Origin: Sulfurimonadaceae bacterium | Lineage (GTDB): Bacteria > Campylobacterota > Campylobacteria > Campylobacterales > Sulfurimonadaceae | Length of the DNA: 28,973 bases | NCBI GenBank assembly: GCA_041562555.1 | Contig: JBFEXS010000016.1 | Location: 1-28,973 of the forward strand | Reading direction: 5' to 3' | Shown: positions 17,332-26,177 of the stretch, one piece after another | Layout: every line of letters starts with the position of its first letter | Numbering within the stretch: position 1 is the stretch's first letter | Notes under the pieces: generated by a model | Told to the model about the DNA's origin: nothing | The model's input: the letters and a program-made list of their open reading frames with translations, nothing else | The model's database searches: none | Made by a program: the position numbers and the translations under genes

Positions 17332-18264
17332 ATGAGATCATTTCTAAAACTGATATTCGGTTTGATATTAATTTCAACGTTTATTGGGTGTGAGAAAGCA
17401 CCTCAAAAACCACTTAAAGTCGGTATATGTCAGTGGCCAGGTTATGAGCCTCTATTTCTCGCGGCCCAGTTGAAGTTTTTTGATTACCCTGTCAAAGTCC
17501 TTCGTTTTTCTTCACCACCAAAGGCATATCAGGCATATAACAGCGGTGCCGTCGATGTTGTTGGCCTGACAGCCGATGAGTTACTAAAACACTCTTCCGA
17601 TAATAACAGCATCTCTAAAATCTTTTTGGTCTTGGACATATCCCATGGCGGTGATGCTGTTGTCGCCAAGCCAACCATCAGTTCCATACAGGATATAAAA
17701 GGAAAAAAGGTCGCTGTCGAGTCCAGTGTGCTTGGTCAGTATATGCTTCAGCGCACCCTTGACAATGCCAAGTTAACCCATGATGATATTGATATCCATA
17801 ATATAGAGATTGTTGACCAGCCAAAAGCATATACAGAGGGACGTGCTGATGTGTTTGTCACCTTTGAACCGTCTAGGAGTCTTATACTCAAACAAGGAGG
17901 ACATGTGATCTTTGATTCCAGTATGATCCCAAATGAGATCGTCGATGCCCTCGCGGCCAAACCGGATACCTTAAAAAACGTTCCTAAGGGAATAGCTGCC
18001 ATCAAAAGAGGATGGTATAAAGCCCTGGAGTATATGCAAGAACACCCGCAAAAAGCGTACACGATGATGGGCAATCTTGAAGGGATAGGGGCTGAAGAGT
18101 TCAAAGAGAGTCTAAATGGCCTTAAACTGGGGACTAAAGAGCTTAATCGTAAGATGATCCAAGAACAAGGCCTTATTGAGCCCTTTAAAAGACTTCAGAG
18201 TATGATGAAGAACAAGGGTCTGATTGAAAAAGAACTTGACCCTCATCAGTTCATAGGGAATTGA
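17332..18264 (+). CDS. Lipoprotein substrate-binding protein, SsuA/THI5/NMT1-like family
   Basis: 310 aa. Lipobox FIGC; LKVG...WPGYEPLFLA, LDISHGGDAVV, IKGKKVAVE, DVFVTFEP, IFDSS.IP.EIVD motifs. Confidence 0.88.
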   Translation: MRSFLKLIFGLILISTFIGCEKAPQKPLKVGICQWPGYEPLFLAAQLKFFDYPVKVLRFSSPPKAYQAYNSGAVDVVGLTADELLKHSSDNNSISKIFLVLDISHGGDAVVAKPTISSIQDIKGKKVAVESSVLGQYMLQRTLDNAKLTHDDIDIHNIEIVDQPKAYTEGRADVFVTFEPSRSLILKQGGHVIFDSSMIPNEIVDALAAKPDTLKNVPKGIAAIKRGWYKALEYMQEHPQKAYTMMGNLEGIGAEEFKESLNGLKLGTKELNRKMIQEQGLIEPFKRLQSMMKNKGLIEKELDPHQFIGN

Positions 18265-20175
18265 ATGCCTTGGTATAAGAGCCTTAAGTTCACAACTCCC
18301 CTGATACTCTGTATCCTTATCCTGGCCGTTGTCTTTGCTGTAAAACATATCGAAGGGTATCTACAGACAAAGTCTTTGATGAAGATATCTCAAGAGAAAG
18401 CCATGGAACTCTCCTATAAAATAGGTCATGATATTGAGGTCATACAGCGTTTGAGCGATAATACTCACGACCTTAATGACATTCTCATGGATTATCTCAT
18501 CGCTGATATCAATTATATCAGTGTCTACAGAGATAATACAAAACTCTATGAAAGTTTTTATAATATCCATCTTGCCGACAGGGAGACCTTTGTAAAGAAG
18601 TACAAACAAGAAGTCCTTACCAAGAATATCATAAAAGTCCATTTCAATACGCAAAAGAACATCTTCCAGATCCTCACACGCTATGCGCTGCCTAAACAGA
18701 AGGGTGAGATCCTTCCGCAGCGTTTTGATGTCTTCTATTATGAGTATTCGATTGAACGGGACAAGAACTTTATGGCTGAGCAAAACCTTCAGACTTTTTT
18801 CATCAACCTGCTCTGGGGCGCTTTACTCCTGTTGATACTCTATATCTTTTTGATCATTAAATTCATCCGCCCCCTAAGTACCTTTTCCGAGACAACAGAC
18901 AAACTCGCCCAAGGTGATCATAATATCGATATGCTTCATTATACTCCGTGGATTAAGGATGAAATCTACACCCTGTTCCACTCCTTTTCAGAAATGTCAA
19001 AAAATATAGAACAGAAAAACAATGCACTGATTGAAGAGAGTCAAAAACTTTATCATGCAAATCAATCCAAATCAGAGTTCTTGGCAAATATGAGTCATGA
19101 GATTCGGACACCGCTGAACGGTATTCTCGGTTTTTTACAGATCCTCCTGAAAGATGAAGACGACAAAGAGAAACGGCACTATCTCAATGTCATCAATGAA
19201 TCAAGTAAAACACTTCTGAGTATTATCAATGATATTCTGGATCTAAGCAAGATCGAGAGCGGTAAGCTTGACATCCTACTCGAAGACTTCTCTCTTTCAA
19301 ATACCCTGCAGAACATTGTCGATCTCTATGTTCCCCGCATGCAGGACAAGCATATCAACTTTATTCCCGAGTTTTCTGCGCAGCTTCCTGAATATATCTG
19401 CAGCGATGAGTTACGTATCAAACAGATTATCAACAACCTGCTCTCCAACTCCATCAAATTCACCCCTGAGCTTGGAACGATCTTATTGAAAATCGCTTAT
19501 GACTATGATACACAAAAATTGAAAATTTCTGTCAAAGACAGTGGTATCGGTATACCAAAAGATAAACAATCCCTGATATTCGAGGCCTTTACCCAATCAG
19601 ATGCTTCAACTACCAAACATTACGGAGGAACAGGACTTGGACTAAGTATCACCAATAACCTGGTAAGAATGCTCCACGGCTCAATCACTCTTGAGAGTGA
19701 AGAGGGCAAAGGAAGTCATTTTATTGTGGAGATTGATGCCCCTATTGCCGATCAAAGTGCACAAGAGACACAGGATGATACAGTCATTGACACATTCAAC
19801 GGTGAACCCGTACTCCTCGTAGAAGACAATAAGACAAACCAACTGTTTGCCTCTCTTATACTGGATGATCTTAACCTCAGTTATGAACTAGCAGAGAACG
19901 GTCAGGTAGCTGTGGACAAATATAAGAACGGATCCTTTTCTCTGGTGCTAATGGATGAGAACATGCCGGTAATGAATGGGACCGAAGCCACTAAACTGAT
20001 CCGTATGTATGAGGCAGAAAACGGAATGCAGCCTACTCCGATCATAGCCTTGAGCGCTAATGCATTAAAAGGTGACAAAGAGAGATTTCTTGAAGCCGGT
20101 ATGGATGAGTATCTTGCAAAACCGATCGATATAAACGAACTGGCAAAGAAGATACGACTTCTCCTTGGCCGATAA
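18265..20175 (+). CDS. Membrane hybrid sensor histidine kinase (TM-periplasmic-TM-HAMP-HisKA-HATPase-REC)
   Basis: 636 aa. H-box [17 protein letters not shown]-box [11 protein letters not shown]1 DSGIG, F-box IFEAFTQ, G2 GGTGLGL, C-terminal REC (LLVED...LMDENMP...KP). ATG directly abuts the TGA of the SBP gene. Confidence 0.95.
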   Translation: MPWYKSLKFTTPLILCILILAVVFAVKHIEGYLQTKSLMKISQEKAMELSYKIGHDIEVIQRLSDNTHDLNDILMDYLIADINYISVYRDNTKLYESFYNIHLADRETFVKKYKQEVLTKNIIKVHFNTQKNIFQILTRYALPKQKGEILPQRFDVFYYEYSIERDKNFMAEQNLQTFFINLLWGALLLLILYIFLIIKFIRPLSTFSETTDKLAQGDHNIDMLHYTPWIKDEIYTLFHSFSEMSKNIEQKNNALIEESQKLYHANQSKSEFLANMSHEIRTPLNGILGFLQILLKDEDDKEKRHYLNVINESSKTLLSIINDILDLSKIESGKLDILLEDFSLSNTLQNIVDLYVPRMQDKHINFIPEFSAQLPEYICSDELRIKQIINNLLSNSIKFTPELGTILLKIAYDYDTQKLKISVKDSGIGIPKDKQSLIFEAFTQSDASTTKHYGGTGLGLSITNNLVRMLHGSITLESEEGKGSHFIVEIDAPIADQSAQETQDDTVIDTFNGEPVLLVEDNKTNQLFASLILDDLNLSYELAENGQVAVDKYKNGSFSLVLMDENMPVMNGTEATKLIRMYEAENGMQPTPIIALSANALKGDKERFLEAGMDEYLAKPIDINELAKKIRLLLGR

Positions 20176-20213
20176 TATGTTTAGAAATCCCTCTTGTTAA
20201 AAAAACTACACCC

Positions 20214-23200
20214 TTATGACTGGGATAGAAGCTTTCGCACGATCGTCTGATGTTTGGCATTGGTTGAAAGCATATACAGACGTTTATACGTAGACACCAG
20301 TTTCTCATCCGGTGCACCGTTGACAAAACGGATCTTCTTATTATTGGCATAGGCAATAAGCTCCTTAAGATACGCCGGAGACAGGATTCCTACCTCATCC
20401 AGGATACAATGGAAATATACGGACGCTTCCTGTTTGGAAGACTGCTTGCGGGCCAAAGACAACATTGCGATGTTCACCATTGCCTTGACCATCACGTCCG
20501 TACCGTTTGAGCCTATACCGTCAAGGGATGGGACGAACCCCGTATCATTGCCATTCTCAATTGCCCTAAACTCGAGTACGAAACTCTCATCCAGGGTCAG
20601 CATATCTGCCTTTTCCTCACTTAGGTGCAAAGCGAGTTCATCCAGATATTTCAATGCCTTTTGATTGAACTGTTCATTGATCTCTGCTGAGAAAAGATTG
20701 ATCTCGTTTCCATAAGGGTTTTCATCCACAAGTTCACCGATCGCCTTAAGTACGTTCAGCAATAAATTGTCTGACTCTTTATACCGCAGTTCGATTCCTC
20801 GTATCACTTTGATACCATGAAGATCCTGTAGGGTTTTATTGATACGGGATACTGTTTTTGAGATATCTCCTTCAGCCTTGAGTAGCTCTTTTATCTCAGA
20901 AGAGAGATGACGCAAGGTCAGGGTAAACTCTTTAGCCACCTCTTCTTTATAGATATCTATCTTGTTTTCCAATACAAAGGTCTTCAGTGCATTGGCAGAA
21001 GCCAGGATATCGCTATCACTGTCTGAGCTGGGCGCATACAGATTAAATATATTATGCAGACTGATGGACGAGAAGGCACGATTGAGCTTCTTACGCAGCT
21101 TCTCTTTCGTACTTGCATGTTCAAACCCAAGATCGCGCAGTCGGTTGATCATATCAGAAAGACTTTCATCATTAGGCTCAAAGTCTGAACCCTCTATCCA
21201 TTCATGCACATCCTGATAGAGTCTTGATTCTTTGAATGAGAGATATTCTTTAAGGTCCTTTTGCTGAGCACTGAGCTGGGAAAGACACCTGCTGTGCCTC
21301 TCTTGAAGACTCTCACTTTCTGTGATAAAATCTGCCTTTAACGCATTAAACGTCTTCGTTTTTTCTTCCATCCGGACACAGAGTAGCTTCAATGCCTCTT
21401 TTTTTGTATCTATATGATCAAAGACACGCTTTTGATCGATCCTGTATTCGGAAATCAGTTCTTCAAGGGCCTCAATCGAGGAGAGTTCCTTGTTTTTCTG
21501 ATCGATCTCATCCTGATATTTCTTAAGCAGTTTCTTATCCACACCACCTTGCAGCAAAGCCTCATCCTCTTGAGCCTTAATGCTTTCAAGTTTGGCATCA
21601 CACTCATCTTCGATCCTTGATCTGGCATGCTCTTTCTCTGCCAATGCTTCCTGATGTTCCCTATCCAGGGTCTGGCGTTTTATGTGAATCGAAGCCTTTA
21701 TCTCTTCAAAGCTCTCCTGAAGCCCCTGAAGCATTGTGTCAAACTCGGTTTGTACGATCTGTAATGCCGATTCTTTGGCTGACTTTTGCTCTCTGGCATA
21801 GCTCAACTCCTGGTCTTTCTTCTTGGCTGCAAGGTTCTGGAGTGTCTGCAGTTCCTCAGCCAAGCGCAGACTCTCCTGCTCCAGCTTAGGAAGTGTACGT
21901 AAATGTTCATCCACCAGAGTATTGATACGTCCCTGTTCGCGTCTGAGGGCATTAATACTATTACGCGTCTCGTTCTCAAGCTCTTCCAAACGTAAATTAT
22001 GTTCTGAACGCATCTTTTTAAGACGCTCTTCACAGGCCTGCAAAGAGATGTTCAGGGCACCCTTTTCATAAGCAGAACAATCGATCTTCTCCTTGTCGAT
22101 GGCCAGACCCAAGAGTGTGTCGTTTTTCCCTTCAATAATAGGGTGAAGGTCTTCTCTGTACAAGACCTCGTCTTTCAGCAATGCCGAAAGAAGTGCTGTA
22201 TTTTCAAACCCCTCTTCATGCATGAACCCTAACAAGGAAGCAGCATCCAGGTTCTGACGTTTTTTGAGTTCATCGATCTGCGCATTGAGATGTTGCGTCT
22301 GCTTCTCAAATTCGTGATTCAAGTTTTGAAGATTAAAACTTTTGGTCTGTTCTGCCGAATAGACCTGTTCTGCTATCATCTTCCCCTGGGACTGAGCAAG
22401 CTGCAGTGCAGCCTTCTCTTCGTCAAAGGCACGCTCTGCCCTATGCAACTCGACTTTTGCCTTATCGATCTTCTCCTTGTCAAAACTTCTGTTCTGAACG
22501 ATGGATTCCTGGGTCTGTGCACTGAGTGCTTCCTCTTTTGCTCTATTAAGCTGTTCTTGCAGATGTTTTGAACGTTCTTGCTTGTTTACTTCATATGCAG
22601 CATACTCCGATTGTTCCTGTTCAATCAGTTCTGCTCGCTTATGCGTATAATGCTGATCGATTTCAGTGATCTCGCTCTTTAACTTCTGCTCTTTATCCTG
22701 AAAGCTTCGTAACTCCTGTTCTTTCATCGCACTAAAACGCTCGCTGAGTGAACCTTGTGAATCCAGAAGTTTCGCAAGCTGGGCTTTCAAAGCGAGTATT
22801 TCATCTTCCAGCAAAGGCTTTTTATGCCATTGCTGCAGCTTTGCTTTGATATTTGCTTTTTCATACTCCGCTTCTTTTTTAAGCGATTGCTCAATCTCTT
22901 TTTCCAATGCACCCTGCTCTTTAAGAGCTGCGTCATGTTCCTCTTGATATTGTGTCTGCTTTGATTCGAAGGATTCCTTCAGGGCTTGAAGTTCCTCTTT
23001 TAGAACAAGACTTTGTGACGTGTAGGATTCCAGACCTGATTCGGCTACTTTCGCATTGGCTCCCAATGCCTTTGCATTATCTTGAAGCTCCTGATCTTGT
23101 TGTTCATATAGCCCCAGACTCGAGACAGCTTCATGAATAAAGGCACTGTTTTTCTCAAAGGAACTGATATCGTCATACTTGGTTCTAAAATCTCCGAGAT

Positions 23201-23843
23201 TGCGACGCATCTGATTAAGCTCGATCGGCGCGAATCCGCTGATACTGGATACAAGGGACTTCTTAATCGATCCCGAATCCAACTTGGAATTGATGAATAC
23301 ATTTGAAAGTGTTTTAGAGATCTGTTCATATTCACTATTGGCTCTAAAGAAACTAAAATGGGCCAGTTTTCTATCCTGCCCGTAGAGAACAGATTTGTAC
23401 TCCTTGGGTGTATTCAGAACAGGACTTAATTCAAATCCCTTTTCAAGAAGCCGTGTCCACAATGCCTTGGGTTCCAGAGCGACATTTCCATCAAAAAAGA
23501 GAGTTTTAATATCCTCTTTTTCCTGTTCAATGGCAAAACGGTACTTCACCCGAAGTCCACCCGCCTTGTACATAATGGCATATACATCAGCATCTTCGTT
23601 TTCAAATTTATACACAAGATAAGAGTTGATTGAGGCGAAATAATACTCTTCAAAACGTTTTTTCTTTCTGGAGATACCCAAATGTTCAGAACGCTGTGCC
23701 CCGTAAAAGTACAAGATCGAACGCAATATCGTCGTCTTTCCTGCTCCATTTCCTCCGCTGAAGAGTGTGTTCTCCCCGACATCGATCTGCGCAAAAGGCA
23801 GGGTTGCCGAATTTATAAATGTGACTTCTTTAAGCTGATTCAT
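20214..23843 (-). CDS. SMC-family ATPase (MksB/JetC-like, resembles DUF3584 proteins)
   Basis: 1209 aa. Walker A GGNGAGKTT (aa 30-38), long Glu/Lys/Gln/Leu coiled coils broken by a central non-coil segment (ASLLGFM...VLYREDLHP...LLGLAID), C-terminal signature-like GSNGT and Walker B CILDE; no CxxC zinc hook. Confidence 0.88.
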   Translation of the reverse strand: MNQLKEVTFINSATLPFAQIDVGENTLFSGGNGAGKTTILRSILYFYGAQRSEHLGISRKKKRFEEYYFASINSYLVYKFENEDADVYAIMYKAGGLRVKYRFAIEQEKEDIKTLFFDGNVALEPKALWTRLLEKGFELSPVLNTPKEYKSVLYGQDRKLAHFSFFRANSEYEQISKTLSNVFINSKLDSGSIKKSLVSSISGFAPIELNQMRRNLGDFRTKYDDISSFEKNSAFIHEAVSSLGLYEQQDQELQDNAKALGANAKVAESGLESYTSQSLVLKEELQALKESFESKQTQYQEEHDAALKEQGALEKEIEQSLKKEAEYEKANIKAKLQQWHKKPLLEDEILALKAQLAKLLDSQGSLSERFSAMKEQELRSFQDKEQKLKSEITEIDQHYTHKRAELIEQEQSEYAAYEVNKQERSKHLQEQLNRAKEEALSAQTQESIVQNRSFDKEKIDKAKVELHRAERAFDEEKAALQLAQSQGKMIAEQVYSAEQTKSFNLQNLNHEFEKQTQHLNAQIDELKKRQNLDAASLLGFMHEEGFENTALLSALLKDEVLYREDLHPIIEGKNDTLLGLAIDKEKIDCSAYEKGALNISLQACEERLKKMRSEHNLRLEELENETRNSINALRREQGRINTLVDEHLRTLPKLEQESLRLAEELQTLQNLAAKKKDQELSYAREQKSAKESALQIVQTEFDTMLQGLQESFEEIKASIHIKRQTLDREHQEALAEKEHARSRIEDECDAKLESIKAQEDEALLQGGVDKKLLKKYQDEIDQKNKELSSIEALEELISEYRIDQKRVFDHIDTKKEALKLLCVRMEEKTKTFNALKADFITESESLQERHSRCLSQLSAQQKDLKEYLSFKESRLYQDVHEWIEGSDFEPNDESLSDMINRLRDLGFEHASTKEKLRKKLNRAFSSISLHNIFNLYAPSSDSDSDILASANALKTFVLENKIDIYKEEVAKEFTLTLRHLSSEIKELLKAEGDISKTVSRINKTLQDLHGIKVIRGIELRYKESDNLLLNVLKAIGELVDENPYGNEINLFSAEINEQFNQKALKYLDELALHLSEEKADMLTLDESFVLEFRAIENGNDTGFVPSLDGIGSNGTDVMVKAMVNIAMLSLARKQSSKQEASVYFHCILDEVGILSPAYLKELIAYANNKKIRFVNGAPDEKLVSTYKRLYMLSTNAKHQTIVRKLLSQS

Positions 23844-24384
23844 CAGAGTTGACCTTTATCGCATTTAAGAATGTTTCGATGTAGTGATAGGAGTTAAGAA
23901 CGATATAACGCTCTTCATGCTCATCCTCAAGGGCCATAAACCCACCTTTTTTAAACTTTTCAAACACCTTTGCACACTGCGCATGAAGCGTTTGGGGTTT
24001 GGCGATATTCTTTAATCTATCCAATCGGTCTTTTAGGACAACATTTGATTGTACCGCATCCGATAGCTCACGTACCGTAGTCCTGAAACCGACACCGAAG
24101 GTCGCTGAAAACTGTAGCATCAACTCCACAAGATCAATATAATCAAGGATCATGTTAAGCTTATCCTCGACACCTGAGGCAGGCAGTTCTTTGGCAAAAT
24201 AGAAATATCCGTCTTCACGTATCAGATAAAAGCCGATATGTTCAAAAAAGTCATAATGTGCACCAAACTCCTTCTCACAACTATTGTAGAGGTCTCTTTC
24301 CGCCCGGATCGGACTGTTCTCACATAAAAAGTTTCCACGGCTAAGGATCTCAAAGATCTCCTTAGAGTGTTTAGGCAGGTTCAT
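23830..24384 (-). CDS. Probable KITE subunit (MksE/JetB-like)
   Basis: 184 aa, immediately upstream of the SMC gene with a 14-nt overlap. IFEILSRG.F and F..IGFYL....GYFYF motif; size fits tandem winged helices. Confidence 0.7.
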   Translation of the reverse strand: MNLPKHSKEIFEILSRGNFLCENSPIRAERDLYNSCEKEFGAHYDFFEHIGFYLIREDGYFYFAKELPASGVEDKLNMILDYIDLVELMLQFSATFGVGFRTTVRELSDAVQSNVVLKDRLDRLKNIAKPQTLHAQCAKVFEKFKKGGFMALEDEHEERYIVLNSYHYIETFLNAIKVNSDESA

Positions 24385-25570
24385 TACTTAGCTCCTTTGC
24401 TCGTATCTCCAGATATTCATACTCTTGTGTTCTCATTCTGTTTTCACTAAATTCATACTCATTCTCATACATCAGTGCAAGTTGACAATACAGTGTTATT
24501 TTCTGCTCCAGAGTCTGTTCCTTATCATAATCCCTCTTATCGATAAAAGAGAACAGATCCGTACCCGAGTCCAAGAACTCGTGGTGCAAGGCATCTATAT
24601 CGATCATATATTCCTGAGACTCTTCCTCATGAAAGAAGCTCTCATCCAGGGCTTGCGCTTTATGGGATGAAAGCTTTTGTACAGGTATGGTATGCTTGAG
24701 TTTATGGACCATCTGTTCAAATCCAAACTCATATACCTCCTCCGTATCCAAGAAGGTAGAAAAACGCATCGGCTTAGACATGAACAGCGGTGTCGTTTCC
24801 ATCTGTAGAAGTGAGATGATATTCGTCTTCTCTTTGATCTCAAGAGCAGCTTTCATCTCCTTTAACTTGATGATTTGTTCAAAGAAATGCTGTTTGTGCA
24901 AGGTCTTATTGATATATTCGATCACCTGTTTTTGCAATTCAATCAAAGAGATACGTAACTCTCTAAGACGCACTTTCAGTCGCAGAGAGAGCAAAACCGT
25001 CTCATGGGAAGAGATCATATTGAAAAACCCGGCTTCACTCAAGAGTGCCTTTTGCACCTTCTGCTCAATGTTCATCAGTTTCTCCAACTTCGCTTTATAA
25101 TGTTGAAGTTCCAAGACCTTGTTCTTATGGGAACTCTGGGTTTTATAGGTCAGTCCGATATGCAGTTGCAATAAAGAGAGGTTCTTCAAGATCATACTGG
25201 GGATCTTCTTAAGGATACGTCTGATCTTGGCAAGGTAGCGTTCCCGTGAATGTTCATACTCTTTTTCATTTTGATAGAGTTCTATGTTGTAACGCAGATT
25301 GATGAGCAACTCATCAACATCACCTATCTCGACATCCTCATTGGTCTCTAAAAACTCTTCAAAAAAACTCAGAAGACGTTCATCCAGTTCAATACTATCA
25401 TCGGTATGGGAAAGTATCTCTGCATTCAGCAGGTATTCCAATTTGTCTTCACCGATCTCGTTGCTGACTTCATGCATGCCAACCAAACGGTTACGTTTTT
25501 CAAACAGTGACTCGAAAAGTCTTCTGTCCAGATATAAAACAGTTAAAAGTCGATTAATATCAGTGATCAA
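24371..25570 (-). CDS. Probable kleisin subunit (MksF/JetA-like)
   Basis: 399 aa, first gene of the operon (TTG start), 14-nt overlap with the next gene. N-terminal wHTH-like LEYLLNAEIL...IELD..LL.FFE, helical middle, short C-terminal domain. Assignment rests mainly on size and position. Confidence 0.62.
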   Translation of the reverse strand: MITDINRLLTVLYLDRRLFESLFEKRNRLVGMHEVSNEIGEDKLEYLLNAEILSHTDDSIELDERLLSFFEEFLETNEDVEIGDVDELLINLRYNIELYQNEKEYEHSRERYLAKIRRILKKIPSMILKNLSLLQLHIGLTYKTQSSHKNKVLELQHYKAKLEKLMNIEQKVQKALLSEAGFFNMISSHETVLLSLRLKVRLRELRISLIELQKQVIEYINKTLHKQHFFEQIIKLKEMKAALEIKEKTNIISLLQMETTPLFMSKPMRFSTFLDTEEVYEFGFEQMVHKLKHTIPVQKLSSHKAQALDESFFHEEESQEYMIDIDALHHEFLDSGTDLFSFIDKRDYDKEQTLEQKITLYCQLALMYENEYEFSENRMRTQEYEYLEIRAKELSNEPA

Positions 25571-25592
25571 TAGAAAGTCTTTTTTTTGCTAC

Positions 25593-25632
25593 ATTTTATC
25601 CAATTGGATTAAATCTTAGGTAAATCTATAGG
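25593..25632. promoter_or_regulatory. Control region of the SMC operon: -10 TAAAAT (minus, 25593-25598), palindrome ATCCAATTGGAT (25598-25609), tandem repeat TAAATCTTAGG/TAAATCTATAGG (25610-25632)
   Basis: Read directly from the divergent intergenic region; function is inferred. Confidence 0.5.
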
Positions 25633-25676
25633 CAGAATAAGCTAAGATACGAATTTCGTAAAAAGGTAAACAGATT

Positions 25677-26108
25677 ATGCAATCCGTACTTGACAGACTA
25701 TCAAAACGACGTAAAAGTGTTTTTATGATACTCATGGTGATCTCAGTGCTTGCCATCATTATCGATCAGACCTTTGAGATCCCCGTCACCTCCTACTTTG
25801 GCGAGGAGAACAATATTTACATCGTCTATACACTTATCCTGTACAAGATCATTGAGCTTGGGATCTTATATCTTATCTTCTACCGCCGTCACTTTAAAAG
25901 ACTGCTCCGTGATGAACATACCCAGGAGCTTCTTGCCAAGTTCGAGAAGAATGGCAAACGGTTTTTCATGCTCGTTCCCCATGGATCAACAATATTTGGA
26001 ATGATATGCTATAAACTGACAGCCAACATTTACCTTTTTTTACTTTTCATGGTCATTGCTGCCATCACCCTGTTCCTGGTCAAACCTCAGCTCAAAGAGA
26101 CTCTCTAG
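25677..26108 (+). CDS. Hypothetical integral membrane protein (about 4 TM helices)
   Basis: 143 aa with several hydrophobic segments; AAGG RBS; gcTAAGAT -10 at 25643-25648. Confidence 0.75.
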   Translation: MQSVLDRLSKRRKSVFMILMVISVLAIIIDQTFEIPVTSYFGEENNIYIVYTLILYKIIELGILYLIFYRRHFKRLLRDEHTQELLAKFEKNGKRFFMLVPHGSTIFGMICYKLTANIYLFLLFMVIAAITLFLVKPQLKETL

Positions 26109-26177
26109 ACTCTATTCTGAATTTCCCTTAAGGTATAATTTGTAATAATAGTTGCTCCCTAATAAAAAGGAGGTAAC

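Noticed and set aside
20214..23843. SbcC/Rad50, RecN or canonical Smc as the identity of the 1209-aa ATPase
   Set aside because: No CxxC zinc hook, no adjacent SbcD nuclease, too long for RecN, and no LSGGE signature or ScpA/ScpB-like partners; the two upstream genes fit the MksFE/JetAB arrangement better.
25677..26108. The 143-aa divergent gene as the missing JetD/MksG nuclease
   Set aside because: Too short, strongly hydrophobic and lacking Toprim E...DxD motifs.
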